Notes under the pieces: model-generated
Database searches by the model: none
What the model was told of the DNA's origin: nothing
The model's input: the letters and a program-made list of their open reading frames with translations, nothing else
Shown here: piece by piece, positions 63,752-64,000 of the stretch
How positions within the stretch are numbered: position 1 is the stretch's first letter
Layout of the letters: each line of letters starts with the position of its first letter
Source: a virus
Lineage: Duplodnaviria > Caudoviricetes
Virus record (IMG/VR): IMGVR_UViG_3300031577_000195
Span: 1 to 64,000 of that record
Direction: 5' to 3' (one strand)
Length of the DNA: 64,000 nucleotides
Program-made: the position numbers and the translations under genes

Positions 63752-64000
63752 GCAATCACTCCTTTTAATTTCAAAATACCTTTAACTATATTAGAGTAAT
63801 CTTCAAGTGTACCATCATTGATAACAACATAATCCCAACCTTTGTAGTCGTCTAATGCTGTTTCACTAGGATGCTGTAGCTGCTCTAAGGTCAATCCACT
63901 GTCATATCCAGGACGTTCAACTCTAATTTTTACTACAGGAAACCTTTGTTCAAGTTCAGTAATTTCATTCGGATATCTAACGTCCGTTATGAAGAAATTA
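63748..64000 (-). CDS. Deoxynucleoside monophosphate kinase, C-terminal part (5' end outside window)
   Basis: ITDVRYPNE...I.V.RP...H.SE..LD......NDGTLE. Confidence 0.8.
   Translation of the reverse strand, partial: NFFITDVRYPNEITELEQRFPVVKIRVERPGYDSGLTLEQLQHPSETALDDYKGWDYVVINDGTLEDYSNIVKGILKLKGVIA

Noticed and set aside
1-64000. CRISPR array or mini-array
   Set aside because: No regularly spaced 25-40 bp repeats with unique spacers; the repeated motifs are dispersed and the only tandem repeat (40801) has two units with a 4-nt gap
1-64000. Alternative genetic code / suppressor tRNA
   Set aside because: Long genes are intact under code 11 with all three stops used; tRNA anticodons are UGU and CCA, not suppressors
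1-64000. Arbitrium (AimR/AimP) system, considered because of the SPbeta-like regulatory analogy
   Set aside because: No ~380-aa TPR protein followed by a short signal-peptide ORF is visible in this window

Overview
This window is 64 kb of a temperate, long-tailed (sipho-type) phage of a low-GC Bacillota host. Negativicutes is my best inference from the lysin and exported-protein types, but it is unverified. Left to right it carries: a serine integrase, excisionase and XRE repressor switch (1-2.3 kb); a phage DnaE and small genes (2.4-6.9 kb); a lysis block with several hydrolases (7.2-9.7 kb); tail fibre and tail tip genes, an opposite-strand moron block, tape measure, tail, neck, capsid, portal, terminase and PhoH (9.7-40.3 kb); a ~0.9 kb non-coding gap followed by a rightward early-gene block with a type I toxin-antitoxin-like locus (40.3-45.6 kb); a second repressor/antirepressor switch with a cassette-like moron array (45.7-49.1 kb); and a Rep-like gene, a degenerate tyrosine-recombinase-fold gene, two tRNAs, and regulatory and nucleotide-metabolism genes (MTase, dUTPase, ThyX, FTR-like, NrdG, split NrdD, resolvase-like nuclease, dNMP kinase). 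The most notable unexplained signals are: (i) an ~30-bp motif in 8 copies at operon/gene starts, alongside a catalytically dead tyrosine-recombinase-fold protein (reminiscent of SPbeta MrpR/SPBRE); (ii) integron-like repeated junctions and a shared RBS/signal-peptide module around morons; (iii) at least three genes that apparently must start at AUA; (iv) a class III RNR whose glycyl-radical peptide is a separate 39-aa gene, next to an FTR-like reductase; and (v) two families of dispersed non-coding repeats. All product calls come from manual motif recognition; no database searches were run.
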